DNA from: Hypanus sabinus
Taxonomy: Eukaryota
Assembly: GCF_030144855.1 (NCBI RefSeq)
Contig: NW_026781489.1
Span: forward strand, 1-64,000
Length of the DNA stretch: 64,000 bases
Reading direction: 5' to 3'
The translations under genes and the position numbers were made by a program. The notes under the pieces were generated by a model. That model worked only from the letters and a program-made list of their open reading frames with translations, did not search any database and was not told the origin of the DNA. Of the stretch, positions 1 through 12,402 are shown one piece after another (position 1 is the stretch's first letter; the number at the start of each line of letters is the position of its first letter).

Positions 1-44
1 TGATGAGAAAACCAGATGGAGATGAGGTCAGTTCCCCCCCAGGG

Positions 45-269
45 NNNNNNNNNNNNNNNNNNNNNNNNNNNNNNNNNNNNNNNNNNNNNNNNNNNNNNNN
101 NNNNNNNNNNNNNNNNNNNNNNNNNNNNNNNNNNNNNNNNNNNNNNNNNNNNNNNNNNNNNNNNNNNNNNNNNNNNNNNNNNNNNNNNNNNNNNNNNNNN
201 NNNNNNNNNNNNNNNNNNNNNNNNNNNNNNNNNNNNNNNNNNNNNNNNNNNNNNNNNNNNNNNNNNNNA
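45..269. other. Assembly gap (N run)
   Basis: Continuous run of n characters. Confidence 0.99.
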
Positions 270-704
270 GAAGCATCTGCTACAGATGAGAGAGAGAGAG
301 ACATGATTTATGTATTATGGCTTCTTCACTGATTATTTACCTTTTGCTGCAAGGACACTTCTTTGCTCGTTAGCATTCCTGGTGAGGCAGCATGGAGTGG
401 CCTGTTTGATGGATGGCTGATACCCTGTCAGGGGAGATAAAAAACGGGTCTGCTGAGACACCGGGAGACACGCCACAAGACACAGTAAGAGTGTTGTGCA
501 CCCACAGGAAGGTGGGGGCTTGGAGGACTGAATCAGGGGATCGGTCACAAAGCTCACAGTGTGATGGCTGGATCGGTGGGGGCTTGTGTCAGAGTGATGA
601 GTCCACCACGGAAGAACAGTTTAGCTGAGAGCAGAGGGGTCATAACCGAATGACCACGTCAGTGCAATGGAACAAGAAGACAACGGAAGGTTTGCCTGCT
701 GCAG

Positions 705-735
<31 letters not shown>

Positions 736-990
736 ACGTCACAACAGCAGCTACCTCGACTTAAACTGAACTGAACTCTGCATTATCTTAAGACTATTCA
801 TTTACCCCTAGACTTTGATAGAGCTTGGTTTTGATTCTTCTTTTTAAACATCTGTATGTATTACTGCTAACCTGTTTTATATGTATATTTGCATTTTTGA
901 TACTGTATTACTTAGTTTACTAATAAACACCTTTAGTTACAGTACCAGCAGACTCCAACATATCGTTCCATTTCTGCTGGTTTGGTAACC
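270..990 (+). mobile_element. LTR-like segment of a Gypsy-type retrotransposon (5' part lost in the gap)
   Basis: Contains a (CT)n tract, AATAAA at ~922 and a 3' motif (cagactcc...ttccatttctgctggttt) resembling the end of the LTR at 12403-13643; it abuts a Gypsy RNase H remnant. Confidence 0.55.
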
Positions 991-998
991 TGGTTTAT

Positions 999-1210
999 TT
1001 GGCATTACAGCATTTTGAGGTTTACATTTCTCCGGCACAGAAGCCATTGATAGTTTATACTGATCACAACCCATTGGTATTTTTGACTAACATGAAGAAT
1101 AAAAATAGGTGTTATTAAGTTGGAGTCTGTTGTTACAAGAATTCAATATTAAAATACAACATGTAAAGGGGACTGACAATGTAATTGCTGATTGTTTATC
1201 CAGGTGTTAG
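999..1210 (+). mobile_element. Ty3/Gypsy pol remnant: RNase H C-terminal half ending in a stop
   Basis: Manual translation with one frameshift: LALQHFEVYISPAQKPLIVYTDHNPLVFL...LLSWSLLLQEFNIKIQHVKGTDNVIADCLSRC*, containing the TDH..L and N..AD.LSR motifs of Gypsy RNase H. Confidence 0.9.
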
Positions 1211-1929
1211 ATTTGAAAGTATATCTGTGTTACTCTTACCTTGACCATCATCCAGGGCCCCAAACTCTGCCTTGTGCAGACCCACCTCTGGTTTCTGACC
1301 CTGTTCCATTGACCATCCGACTAATGGTTTCCCATTCTGCTTTCAGTCTTTAGAGGACAGTGGTGTTTTCCAGCAACCCTATAGAAGCAGGCAAAATGAC
1401 TCATAATGTGGAAATGAGCCATGAATAAGGAGGTTAAGTCCAATGCCATTCTTCCACAGTGCAGAGATTTGAGGGCAAAGAACACCTCAGGCAGAACTGC
1501 AGCCAGCTCGACTGCTTCAGTCTGCAGAAAATTCAAGGGAAACCTCTTCACCCAAAGTTTGGTGACTGTTTGAAAAACATCTCACAGGTAGAGCAAGCAG
1601 TGAACAACAGGGGAGGATTTCAAAGGCCTGTTGAGGAACTCAATCACTTACAGGACCCAGCCAGCCTGAGTACACTGTCTACTGTACACTAGTTGTGTTA
1701 TAAATTCACTAAGTACCAGAGACAGAGTTTAAAATACAACTGATTTATTTGTCTCAGGTCCAGCATATTAAACTCCAGTCACATTAAAGGTGAATGTGCA
1801 GCAGAAGAAACCCCTCCCATGCCCAGTGACCAGGGCTGATTGTGAGGAGCAGCAGCAACAGTTGCAGAGTTCAGCACCAACAATCACTCTCGAAATTACA
1901 TTCAGCAACGGTGATGGACAAATATCCAG

Positions 1930-4072
1930 CATGCAGCTTATTGAAACTTTCTCCCTAGTGTGAACCTAGTAGTGTGTCACAAGGTTAGATTACTGAGTGA
2001 ATCCCTTCCCACATTCACAGCAGGTGAACGGCCTCTCCACAGTGTGAACCCAATGATGCACATTTGGTTGATTTGGCTGAGAGAATCTCTTCCTGAAGTC
2101 TGAGCAGGAAATAGGTCTCTACCTAGTGTGAACTCGCTGGTGTTTCAGTAGATTGGATGACCGAGTGAATCCCTTTCCACACACTGAGCAAGTGAATGGC
2201 TTCTCCCCAGTGTGAAGTCGCTGGTGTCTCCGTAGGTGGGATGACTGAGTGAATCCCTTCCCACAGTCTGAGCAGGTGAACGGCCATTTCCCTGTGTGGG
2301 CTGACTGTAGTGTCTGTAGGTGAGATGACCGACTGAATCTCTTTCCACAGTCTGAGCAGGTAAACCGCTTCTCCCCAGTGTGAACTCTCTGATGTACCTT
2401 CAGTTGGGATGAGCAAGTGAATCCCATCCCACAGTCTGAGCAGGTGAACGGCCGCTTCCCAGTGTGAACTGACTGGTGCGCAATTAGGTCAGATAATCAG
2501 ATCAGATAATCGAGTGAATCCTCCCGCACAAAATCAGCAGATGATCAGCCTTTGCCCAGTGTGAATTGACTGGTGGGAAGATCATCGGAATCCCTTCTCA
2601 CAAACAGAACAGGTGAATGACCTTGTCCAGTGTGAACTCGCTGATGTACCTTCAGTTGAAATGACCAACTGAATCCAGTCCCACTGTCTAAGCAGATGAA
2701 GGGGTTCCCCCTTTGTAAAATGATGGGCGTGCCAGTCAGTCAGATGACTGAGTGAACCAGGTGAATGGCCTCTCGTCAGTGTGAACTGACTGGTGTGCCT
2801 TCAGTTCAGATGAGCGACTGAATCCCTTCCCACAGTCTGAGCAAGTGAACGGACTCTCTCCAGTGTGAACTAACTGGTGTGCAAGTAGGTCGGATGACCG
2901 AATGATTCCCTTCCCACACTCTGAGCAGGTGAACAGCCTCTCCCCAGTGTGAACACGCTGATGTACCTTTAGGGTCGATGACCGAATGAATCCCTTCCCA
3001 CACTCTGAGCACGTGAATGTCCTCTCCCTGGTGTGAAATCGCTGATGTGCCTTTAGGTGGATGACCAAATTAATCCCTTCCCACAGTGTGAGCAGGTGAA
3101 CGGTCATTTCCCTGTGTGGGCTGACTGGTGTGTCTGAAGGAGAGATGACTGATTGAATCCCTTCCCACAGTCTGAACAGCTGAACCGCCACTTCCCAGTG
3201 TGAACTGACTGGTGTCTCTGGAGGGAGGATAATTCAATGAATCCTTTCCCACAGTCTGAGCAGATAAATGGCCTCTCTCCGGTGTGAACTGACTGGTGTC
3301 TCAGTAGCTGAGATGACAAAGTGAATCCCTTCCCACAGACTGAGCAGGTGAATGGCCTCTCCCCAGTGTGAACTGACTGGTGTCTCTGGAGGGGAGATGA
3401 CTGAGTGAATCGATTCCCACAGTCTGAGCAGGTGAATGGCATCTCTCCAGTGTGAACTGACTAGTGTCTCTGGAGGGGAGATGACTGAGTGAATTGCTTC
3501 CCACACTCTGAGCAGGTAAATGGCCTCTCTCCAGTGTGAACTTGCTGATGTAACTTCAGCTTAGATGAGCAAGTGAATCCCTTCCCACAGTCCGAGCAGG
3601 TGAACGGCCGCTCCCCGGTGTCAACTCGATGGTGAGCCATTTGGTCAGATGTTCGAGTGAATCCTCCCGCACAAAATCAGCAGATGATTAGCCTGTGCCC
3701 AGTGTGAATTGACTGGTGTTTCCACAAGTGGGAAGATCAACGGAATCCCTTCTCACAAACAGAACAGGTGAATGGCCTTGTCCAGTGTGAACTCGCTGAT
3801 GTACCTTCAGTTGAAATGACCAACTGAATCCAGTCCCACTGTCTAAGCAGATGAAGGGGTTCCCCCTTTGTAAAATGATGGGCGTGCCAGTCAGTCAGAT
3901 GATTGAGTGAACCAGGTGAATGGCCTCTCGTCAGTGTGAATTCTCTGATGTACCTTCAGTTGTGATGACTGAGTGAATCCCTTGTTCCACTTCTTAAGTA
4001 TCTGGGCATTGACAGCAAAACTGGTGTGTTGTGTTTGAGATTCCCATAGACAAATTTCTTGTCATTTTTAAC
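1930..4072 (-). pseudogene. C2H2 (Kruppel-type) zinc-finger array exon, disrupted
   Basis: Repeated CxxCGKGF...[11 protein letters not shown] fingers (ORFs 3104-3442, 2736-3191, 2119-2427). Splice acceptor tttttccag|g at 4072. Possible start MAHHRV at 3640; in-frame TAG ~3461, TGA ~3104 and a frameshift ~3065. Confidence 0.9.
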
Positions 4073-4409
4073 CTGGAAAAAGATTTACAAAATCCATCAG
4101 TGGGTGAAGGTCAACATTTCAGATGAGATCATTTGAGTTGCCAAGGTGCAATCTGGCATCACACTGTTACAGTTATGTTCAACACATGTTGGAGAAGTCA
4201 TCTTCTAACTGGGCATAGTGCTGGTATCTGGAATGACCATCAAATTCTCTGATGCTCCTCCTGTCTCTATAAGAATGGTGCTTTTCTGCCATCTCCAATC
4301 TGTGACCTGGCTCAGTTTGACTCTCTAAATTGGTATTATTCCCAATTCCCACTGAGCTGCATGGGTACCTGGCCTCACAGTAACTGGAAAACTCTCACAC
4401 AAATAGCCG

Positions 4410-5300
4410 GCAGTGCATTCCATGCACCCACCACTCTCTGGGTAAAAAAACAACCCCTGACATCCTCTTGGTAACTATTTCCAAGCAGCTTAAAACTATG
4501 CCCTCTCGTTTTAGCTGTTTCAACTCTGGGAAAAACCTCTGGCTATCCACACACTTAATGCCCTTCATCATCTTATACTTCTAAAACATGCTCTAAACAT
4601 AAACAAGGAAATTATACATTGCTTTGAGGATTTGCTGGAAGTATACAAAACTATATGGGTATGGATAGGGTAACGGCAAGCAGGTTTTTCCACTGAGATT
4701 ATGTGGGTTGGTCATGGGTAAGTAGGGAAGGTGAAAATTGAATGGAAACATTTGGAAAAGCTCTTTACTGAAATGGTCGTGAGAGTGTGGAATGAGATGC
4801 CAGCACAATTGGGGAACATAGCACGGTTTCACTGTTTCAAAGAAGTTTGGATGGGAGCCTGGATGGTAGGGGTATGGAGGGCAATAGTCACAGAGGCAGG
4901 CAGTTGCATTAGACAGCTTAAATGTTTTTTCAGCAAATAGCCAAATAGCCTGTTTCCATACTGAACTTCTCCATGTTTCTATGACAGAGAAGCTGGACAA
5001 ACTTGTTTGGAAGGGAAAAGTGAGAATGGAGCAGCAATGACTGGAGTTTCTGGGAGCAATTCGGGAGCTGAGAGATAGATACATCTCAAAGAAGTGGAAG
5101 CATTGAAAGGCAGAAGGACACAATTGTGGCTAAAATGAGAAGTCAAAGCCTACATAAAAGCCAAAGAGAGGGCAAACAAAAGAGCAAAAACTACTGAGAA
5201 ACATTTAGAAACCAACAAAAGTTGACTAAATAACAAGTCAGATGAGCTCAGTGCGTGGAATCATGATATTGTAGTCATTAATGAGTCTTGGTAGCACCCA
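4410..5300. mobile_element. CR1 LINE fragments (3' end pieces in both orientations plus an internal piece)
   Basis: ORF 4731 ...FTEMVVRVWNEMP... is a CR1 RT C-terminal motif; 4990-5220 resembles the CR1 ORF2 linker. Confidence 0.7.
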
Positions 5301-5339
5301 ACAGTCTGATGCATTCAGAGGAACAAAATATCCGGGGCC

Positions 5340-7060
5340 TCAATATATCTTGAAAACCAAGGTACCCTCCACCAGGTACCTTTCAGCTATTATTTTGACA
5401 GGCACATACAAACTCCACACCCTCAAAATTTCTCTTCTGAAGGCCTCCCACTTACCAAGAACTCCTTTGCCAGAAAACAGCCTGTCCCAAACCACACTTG
5501 TCAGATCCTTCCTGATATCATCAAAATTGACCGTTCCCCAATTTAGAATCTCAACCCGTGGTCCAGACCTCTCCTTTTCCATCTTTATTTTCAATTTCAT
5601 GGCATTATGATCACTAATTTCTGTCACCAGCCCTGGATCATTTTCTAATAGCTTATTGCACACCTCTACTTTGGGAATTCTATGTATTGATTAAGGGCAC
5701 ATTTGACAAACTCTATCCCATCTAGTCTTTTTTACAGTATGGGAGTCCCAGTCAATATATGGAAGTTAATATATACTGGATCAACCTTCGTTTCTTGGCA
5801 TGGTCTGCGTTCTCTCTACAAATTTGTTCCTCTAAATCCCTCAGACTAAATCCTAATTCACAATAATGGATACAATATCATTATTCCCTGTCCTGAGCTC
5901 ATCTGGCTTTCCTACGATGCTTCTTGCATTGTGATATACACAGCTCAGCACATTCATCGGACCATGCTCAGCCATTTGATTGCTGACTCCATCTGAGGTC
6001 TGAACAACATCTGACTGGTGTCAAGAAAACAACCTCTCCCTCATTGTCACAAAAACAAGGGAACTGATTGTGAGGACACGAGGAATGGATACAGGCTAAC
6101 CCCTTTTGATATCAATGGATCTGGGGTTAAGAGGGTGAACAGCTTTAAGATCCTCGGCATAAACATCACCAAGGATCTCACATGGTCTGTACATGCCAGC
6201 TGCGTTGCGAAAAGAGCGCAGCAGCACTTCTTTCACATCAGACAGTTGAAGAAGTTTGGGATGGAGCCCCAAATCCTCAGAACTTTCTACAGAAGCACAA
6301 TTGAGAGCATCCTGACTGGCTGCATCACTGCCTGGTATGGGAACTGTACTTCCCTTAATCACTTGAACTTGCAGAGAGTGGAGCGGACACCCCAGCACAT
6401 CTGTAGATGTGAACTTCCTACTTTTCAGGACATTTACAGAGACAGGTGTGTAAAGAGGGCCCAAAGGATACTGGGGACCCAATTCACCACAACCACAAAC
6501 TGTCCTGCTGCTCCCATCCAGGGAACAGTACCACAGCAAAAGGACCAGCTGACTCTGGGCCATCATCTTCCACCAGGCCATCAGACTGATTAATTCATGC
6601 TGATACAATGCATTTTTATGTTATATTGACTGTCCGAAGTACAAACTATTTATTTTAAATTCCTATAAATTACACAATGCACATTTATTTAATCCCCTCT
6701 TGTCCTGTTCCCCTAAGTAATGAATCCCCGATCATCCCTTTGACTCTCCTCTGAAAGGTAATCCTACCAACAGTTTCTAAAGTGGTCCACCTGCTGTTGT
6801 GCGAGATAGCAACAAGAGTACTCTGCAATGTTTATTTAACCTCATTCCCCTTACTGACTCTCAGCCAGTTTCCTGTGTCCTGCACCTTGGGGGTAACTCA
6901 CCTCTTTTCATGTCATACCTATTACCACCTCCAACTCCTGGATGATCGGGAATTCATCCATTTCCAGTTCCAACTCCTTAAAGTGCAGGGTTACAAACTG
7001 CAGCTGGATGCACATCTTGTAGGCAAGGGCACCAGGGACACTGGAGGTCTCCTCACCTTC
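5340..7060 (-). mobile_element. CR1 LINE 5' portion (ORF1 coiled-coil region and endonuclease/linker), interrupted by a Rex-type LINE
   Basis: ORF 5340-5663 (SDHN...LNWGTVNFDDIRKDL..VVWDRLF.GK) is CR1 ORF2. Minus strand ~6930-7015 reads CIQLQ...KELELEMDE, like CR1 ORF1. Confidence 0.7.
6018..6690 (+). mobile_element. Rex1/Babar-type LINE 3' fragment (RT C-terminal, DUF1891-like region)
   Basis: ORF: VNSFKILGINITKDLTWS..KRAQQ.FF.IRQLKKFGM...FYRSTIESILTGCITAWYGN, followed by an AT-rich tail. Confidence 0.85.
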
Positions 7061-7465
7061 CCACCAATGTCCCCTCTAATTTGTAATGACCAGTGTGCAC
7101 ATAAATCTTGTACAGTGCTTTTTATTAACCCAGTGACAACATGTGCACGGTGGATTTTATACAGAGAGGTATTCATTTTAACAGCTAGCAAATCACTGTT
7201 GATAAGAACTTCGATCTCCGACTGGTTCGATCCAGTTCATCTGCACTCTGTAGCAGGCCTGTAATGGGGAATAAAGGATTTTATCCTTTTGGACATTGTT
7301 CATCTGTGGTTTCCTTGCTAAATTACACTTTAAAAGTCAGATTTCCAAATATCAGTCCACTTCCCACTTGTAAATTCCAGCAATATTTGCATCACCACAA
7401 TACACGCAGTTAACACCAGTTTCTGCATTAGACATAAATGTTTCCACTGAGCCCTCATGAGGAAT

Positions 7466-8103
7466 TGAGAATATACGGAAATATACAGAATATACAGATC
7501 ATTTTGAACCTATGTAACCTCTGGCTCAAAGAATAATTGAGAGTGAAAAGGAATTTTTGATCTGTCTTCAACAGTTAGCTAAAACAGGCTCATTACCAGT
7601 TCTCTGCAGCTTGCAGGGAGACACACTGAGAGCTGATAACATTATACATTGCACCGTCATTAGCTGATAACGTTATAGATATTGTACCCTCGTTTGAGTA
7701 AAGGGAGGAGGGCTTGACGATAAGGACAGGAACGAACATCTGTCTGTAATTAAGTCAGGGCCTTGCAAAGGGAATAACTGATAAGGACTAGACAGTACAT
7801 CCATCTGTAATTAAAACCTTCATTTAGTGAACTCTCTTATCTACGTAATAAAGGTTTGCACCAACAGACTTGGTGGGCGTACCAATTCAAAAACCATCTT
7901 GCAATAGTAATGTATGGGGTTTAATTATGTATAAATATATGGCTGTAACCTGACTAAGTCAGTCCATTTCTCAGACGGTGGCAGTGCTTACGTGCCTTTC
8001 CCTTTGACATCTGGGTCTCAGACTCCTGCAGGAAAATGCGCAAGAAACTGTATTTATGATAAGAAGCTGGTCTTCCGAGGTTTATTCAGATTCAAATTTA
8101 ACA
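7466..8103 (+). mobile_element. ERV 5' LTR (left boundary approximate)
   Basis: Ends ...TTTAACA two bases before an 18-nt PBS; TATAAATA at ~7930; internal short duplications (gctgataac; tgataaggac...catctgtaatta). Confidence 0.7.
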
Positions 8104-8105
8104 TT

Positions 8106-8123
8106 TGGCGTCACGAACAGGAT
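8106..8123 (+). promoter_or_regulatory. Retroviral primer binding site complementary to tRNA-Ser (CGA type) 3' end
   Basis: TGGCGTCACGAACAGGAT is the reverse complement of ATCCTGTTCGTGACG-CCA, recalled as the 3' end of a vertebrate tRNA-Ser(CGA). Confidence 0.8.
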
Positions 8124-8424
8124 CCCAATATAGGGAGTGCCAGGCAGACGGGATGAGTAAGAGGCTGGACAATTCTGGGGACTGCTGAGACTGACTGGGT
8201 GCCCAATAGATATTTTATCTTTTGTTGCTCTCTGTTAGTTCCTTTGGAGGTACGGTCCCTCACCCAAGGCTGTTCTCATACCTGTATGAGATCGGGAAAG
8301 AATCTGTCGGGACTCTTGAATAAGGTAGGCAAAATTTTACTAAGTGGGCAGGAGGTTGGCAGATGTGCTGGGTAAATTTATTACGTGGGCAAGAGGTGCC
8401 AGCAGGGTATATTACTTGGAGAAC

Positions 8425-9921
8425 ATGGGTCAATTGCTGTCTATTGATACAAGTGGGCAAGGAGCAGCCTTACACAATATGAGTGAGAGTTTTCCAGACA
8501 AGGAAAAAGATTTGCGAATGTTTAGTGCAGCGCTGAATAAGAAATTGGGGAACAAAATGTTGCCACTTAGGGGTGGGTGGGGCTTGGAACCTGGGATATT
8601 ACCTCATGAGAACAAGCAGTAAATATGGTATGGAGAAAGAAATGTGGAAAGAAGTGGAAATTGTTGAAAATTGATTTGAAGAAAAAGGCAGAAGTAAAGT
8701 GGAACAATATATTATTAGCAAGTTGGAGGAATAATGCCTGTGAGAAAGGGGGAGAGGTATGTACAGCAGAAGGAACGCCAAAGGTTGGGAGACGCTAACA
8801 GCAGAAAGTGAATGGGTGGATGGGCGCCACAAACGTAGCAGGAAAAACAATGTAATCAAACCAAGGCCGGCCTAGGTAGGAGAGAAGGGCAGGAACGTCA
8901 GTCTGAAGTTCGAACTGATAGGGAAACAAAGGATCCCGAACCCATGTCTGGCATACCGAACCTGTTTGAGGACAGTGACCGTGATGAGGAGTGGGCACCC
9001 ACTGTACCCCCACCTCAGACATGGAGACGGATCGGGTAAAACAGCGGTGACCGGGAAGGGGAGTTCCCTAGACCCTGAGATCCAGAAAGGGAACCGAGGA
9101 TTTTGCTGAGACAGGGAGGAAAGAATCCAATAAAACCCCAGTTAATGGCTCCACAAAGATTGCCCACCCGAATGCTGCCCAATCCGTGAGCAGGAGGAGG
9201 GACGGCCCTCAGTGATTCCTGTGTATGCATCCTGGAAGCCTCCAGAAATGATAATGATCATGAATGAAGCCCCAGATAGAAAAGAAAAACCAGCACAGTT
9301 TGCTCAGTGTGTCCGCAGTACTATACAAATGTGTAATGCCTCCCCGCAAGATTTATTCGGTCTCTGCTGCATGATTCTCTCAGCTGCTGAGGGGTGGAAA
9401 TGGAAGGCAGAATTGAGATACCAAACCTATCTGGAGTTACAGTGGGAATCCATAATGAGAATGAACAGACAGACCATTTCATTCAAGCCTTGGAAAGGGA
9501 TTTCCAGCAACCTGTAAACATCACTAAAGTACTTGAGTACAAACCAAAGCCTGGGGAATTGAGACCAGACCTTTGGGAGAGATTTGAGGCCTGCTATGGC
9601 CCTTCTGCAGGAGACCACGACTTTAAAGATGGGAATCTGTCCCCCAGGTTTAATGACTTACTGCTCCAATGCTTATTGACTAAGTTAGCCAACATGATTA
9701 AAACAAATTATTTGGATTTGCCTGACAATGACCGAAATCAAATGTGATGAGCTTTGACATATTATTGTGACCGGGCTTTCGAATCCCGATCAACCCCGAA
9801 GAGAACTAATATTAAAGGTGAATATATTCAGTGGGAAGAAGGACACGAGAGGGTTATATCTGGGGATCAGAAATGGGAACAAAAACCTACCAAGGGACAG
9901 GTGGGGACAACAACCCATTAG
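8425..9921 (+). mobile_element. gag: ERV gag (degenerate; no NC zinc knuckle visible)
   Basis: MGQ start (myristoylation-type) ~300 nt after the PBS; capsid-like segments (WKPPEM...PDRKEKP; VLEYKPKPGE...ERF); several stops and frameshifts. Confidence 0.7.
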
Positions 9922-9937
9922 AAAATGACAAGCAAGG

Positions 9938-10290
9938 ATGCTTCCTACTGTGAGTACCACCCCTCAGGAAGAGCCCAATGTAATATTGCAAGTTGCTGGA
10001 ATTCCAATTCTATTTATGATTGATATGGGGGCAACCACAACCACTCCCGATCAGGAAATAGTATCGGAAAAGGGATTCCAGCTATCCGATGCTACAATCA
10101 CTCTGTCTGGGTACGTATTCACGCAGTCAGCCACTGCAGATGGAATTCCAGGGGAACCACTGTGAGGTTTCATTTACAGTCACTACCATTGGGGGGTTTA
10201 ATCTAGCAGAGAGAGACTTGCTCTGTCTGTTGGAAGTCGAGATTCTCTGCGTGGACAAGGGTATCACCCTGGGAATAGTGAACAACCGAC
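9938..10290 (+). mobile_element. pro: ERV aspartic protease (degenerate)
   Basis: P.V.L.V.G.PI.FMIDMGAT (DTGA to DMGA) and NLAERDLL..L (NLLGRD motif) across a frameshift. Confidence 0.85.
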
Positions 10291-10329
10291 AGCTTCCCCA
10301 GTTACCGACTCCACCCCCCCCCCCCCACC

Positions 10330-10700
10330 CCAGCGGCGGACACTTAATCTGGACTCCATTGCGATTAAACCCCTAATGACAGAGGCTGACCCTCATGTGA
10401 CTCTGTGCTATGACCCTCCGGGGTGCTCAACTGAGGAAAGCCAGTAATATGCACCCCTCGAGGGACAGAAGTTCCCAGTCATGGTGATTGGAGAGTTTAA
10501 AGGAAAAGAGGTCAGTGCATTACTGGACGAAGTTCCAGATTACCTTTGGCGACAGACAGGACTGGTGGTTCATACACCGTTAGGGTTTGCCCTGGGGTCA
10601 AGCCGAAGAGCCTGGGTTCCTTGCCTACAACTTGACAAAACAAGCCTCCAGCACCAAGGGAGAACAGCAAGACATGGCCATGGGCCAACTCCAATATTGG
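10330..10700 (+). mobile_element. Putative 2H phosphoesterase (CNPase-like) domain between protease and RT
   Basis: DPHVTLCY at ~10388-10411 and VVHTPLGFA at ~10565-10591, about 60 codons apart in one frame, then GVKPKSLG after a frameshift. Confidence 0.6.
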
Positions 10701-10794
10701 AAGGAGTCTGAGATGAAGATGGAACATCTGGTAAGAAATTCTTTAAATGTTGATCGAAGCTAAGACATTGTACTCCATCTCTGTGCAATTTTAG

Positions 10795-11290
10795 CCATGA
10801 GGTCGGCCGCACCAACTGTCCCCTGTCCGGATCACCGTGATAGAAGGACAGACTCTCCCATCTATTTCACAATATCCCCATATTATGAAGATGAAAGCCC
10901 TTTCGTGGATCCAGAAGGAAACAATATTTTGGCTATGCGATAGTGATGGACAGTGAAGCAATTGAGCAGGCCTCTTTTGAAGCAGCTGCCTCTGCCCAGA
11001 AGGCTGAGCTGTTTGCTTGGACTTCTGACTGTATCCTAGCAACAGAGAAAAGTGCGAATGTTAACACAGACTCCCGTTATGCATTTGGAGTTGTACATGA
11101 CTACGGGGCTCTCTGGGAACATGCGGATTCCTGACTTCCTCTGACCACCCCATTAGTAATGCTAACTTTGTGAACAACTCACACAGCTACCACGAGTTCT
11201 GTCTATTATTAAATGTGCAGCCCACACCCACATGTTCGACCAGGTCAATAAAGGCCTTTAGCAGATTAGACAGTGAAAAGTGCGGCACAA
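10795..11290 (+). mobile_element. pol: ERV pol: RT N-terminus fused by deletion to RNase H
   Basis: EVGRT..PVRITV....LPSISQYP is followed at ~10880 by Y.DES.F.D..G...GYAIV...SAQKAEL...NVNTDSRYAFGVVHDYGALW...IIKCAAH. Confidence 0.85.
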
Positions 11291-11349
11291 TCCTCCGTAG
11301 GTCTGTTCCCCTCGGGTTCCCGTCAAGCAGCCTTCCGTGACTTAAGCAG

Positions 11350-12402
11350 AATGGGTTTGCCAGACATGCGGGACGTACGTACTTTTCAGGGGGACGCCTC
11401 TGAGGAGGAGCGCAAACAATGCTCCTAGATGGGGTGCCAGAAAGACCCCGACCTAGGATTTTAGATCACCCCAGCAGGACAGGGTTGTGTTCTTACACAG
11501 TATTTACCAATATTGGTCGATTATATACACAATTGTACACACCTGGGAAAGGAGGGAATGAGTGGTAACCTGTACCCTGCATTCCGGGTACGACTCCCTT
11601 GACAGGTGGACCTTCTTCAGGTCTACAAGTTGATTTTATTGAATTGCCTAGAGTACATTGCTATAGATACTGCTTAGTTATTATAGGTGTGTTTAGTAGA
11701 TGGATTGAAGCTATTCCAACTACCAATAATACTGTTATGAATGTTGTAAAGGTATTATTACAGGACATAACTCCCAGGTATGGCCTGCCAGAGATGCTGA
11801 GCTCTGACAATGGCCCACACTTTGTAAACAAAGGGGTATGAAACAAACTAGCTATCAAGCAACAGTTCCACTGTGTACACCACCCACGGGCCGCTGGAAT
11901 AGTGGAAAGAACCAAAGGTATTCTGAGGAGCAAATTGGCCAAACTAGCAGCGGAGACTGGACACACTTGGTTGAAGGTCCTACCATTAGCACTGTTCTAC
12001 ATGTGGGTCACCACACACGGGAAAACAGAGTTGTCATCAATTGAAATCATTTCTGGACGGCCCATTAAGACACCCTGTGGACCAAGACCTTGTGTACCAT
12101 TGCTCCCAGAAAGTCTGCCAGCAAAATCGGATATGCACACCCTAGGGGGAAGAGATGGGGAAATACATATGCCAACTAACCAAGATTTTCCAAGCATTAC
12201 ATTCACAGATTCCACAGGCTTACAAGAAAGAAAACTACCCCGCAGAGAGCAGAGACTATCCCACAAAAGCTAGGAATTTTGTCCTGATTCAAGAGAAACT
12301 TGTAAATCGGTGGAGATGACCATATCAGGTGTCACTGACCGCTCCCACGTCTGTGAAAATGAAGGGGCAATCTTGGTGGATACATTGAACTGACCACAAA
12401 CG
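11350..12402 (+). mobile_element. pol: ERV integrase (degenerate)
   Basis: H..THLG; LQVDFIELP...LVI..VFSRWIEA.PT; SDNGPHF; HP.AAG.VER.KG.L..KL.K; C-terminal PYQV.L...T.VK..G...WIH. Confidence 0.9.

Noticed and set aside
3-332. ORFs across the window start
   Set aside because: Artefacts of the N gap.
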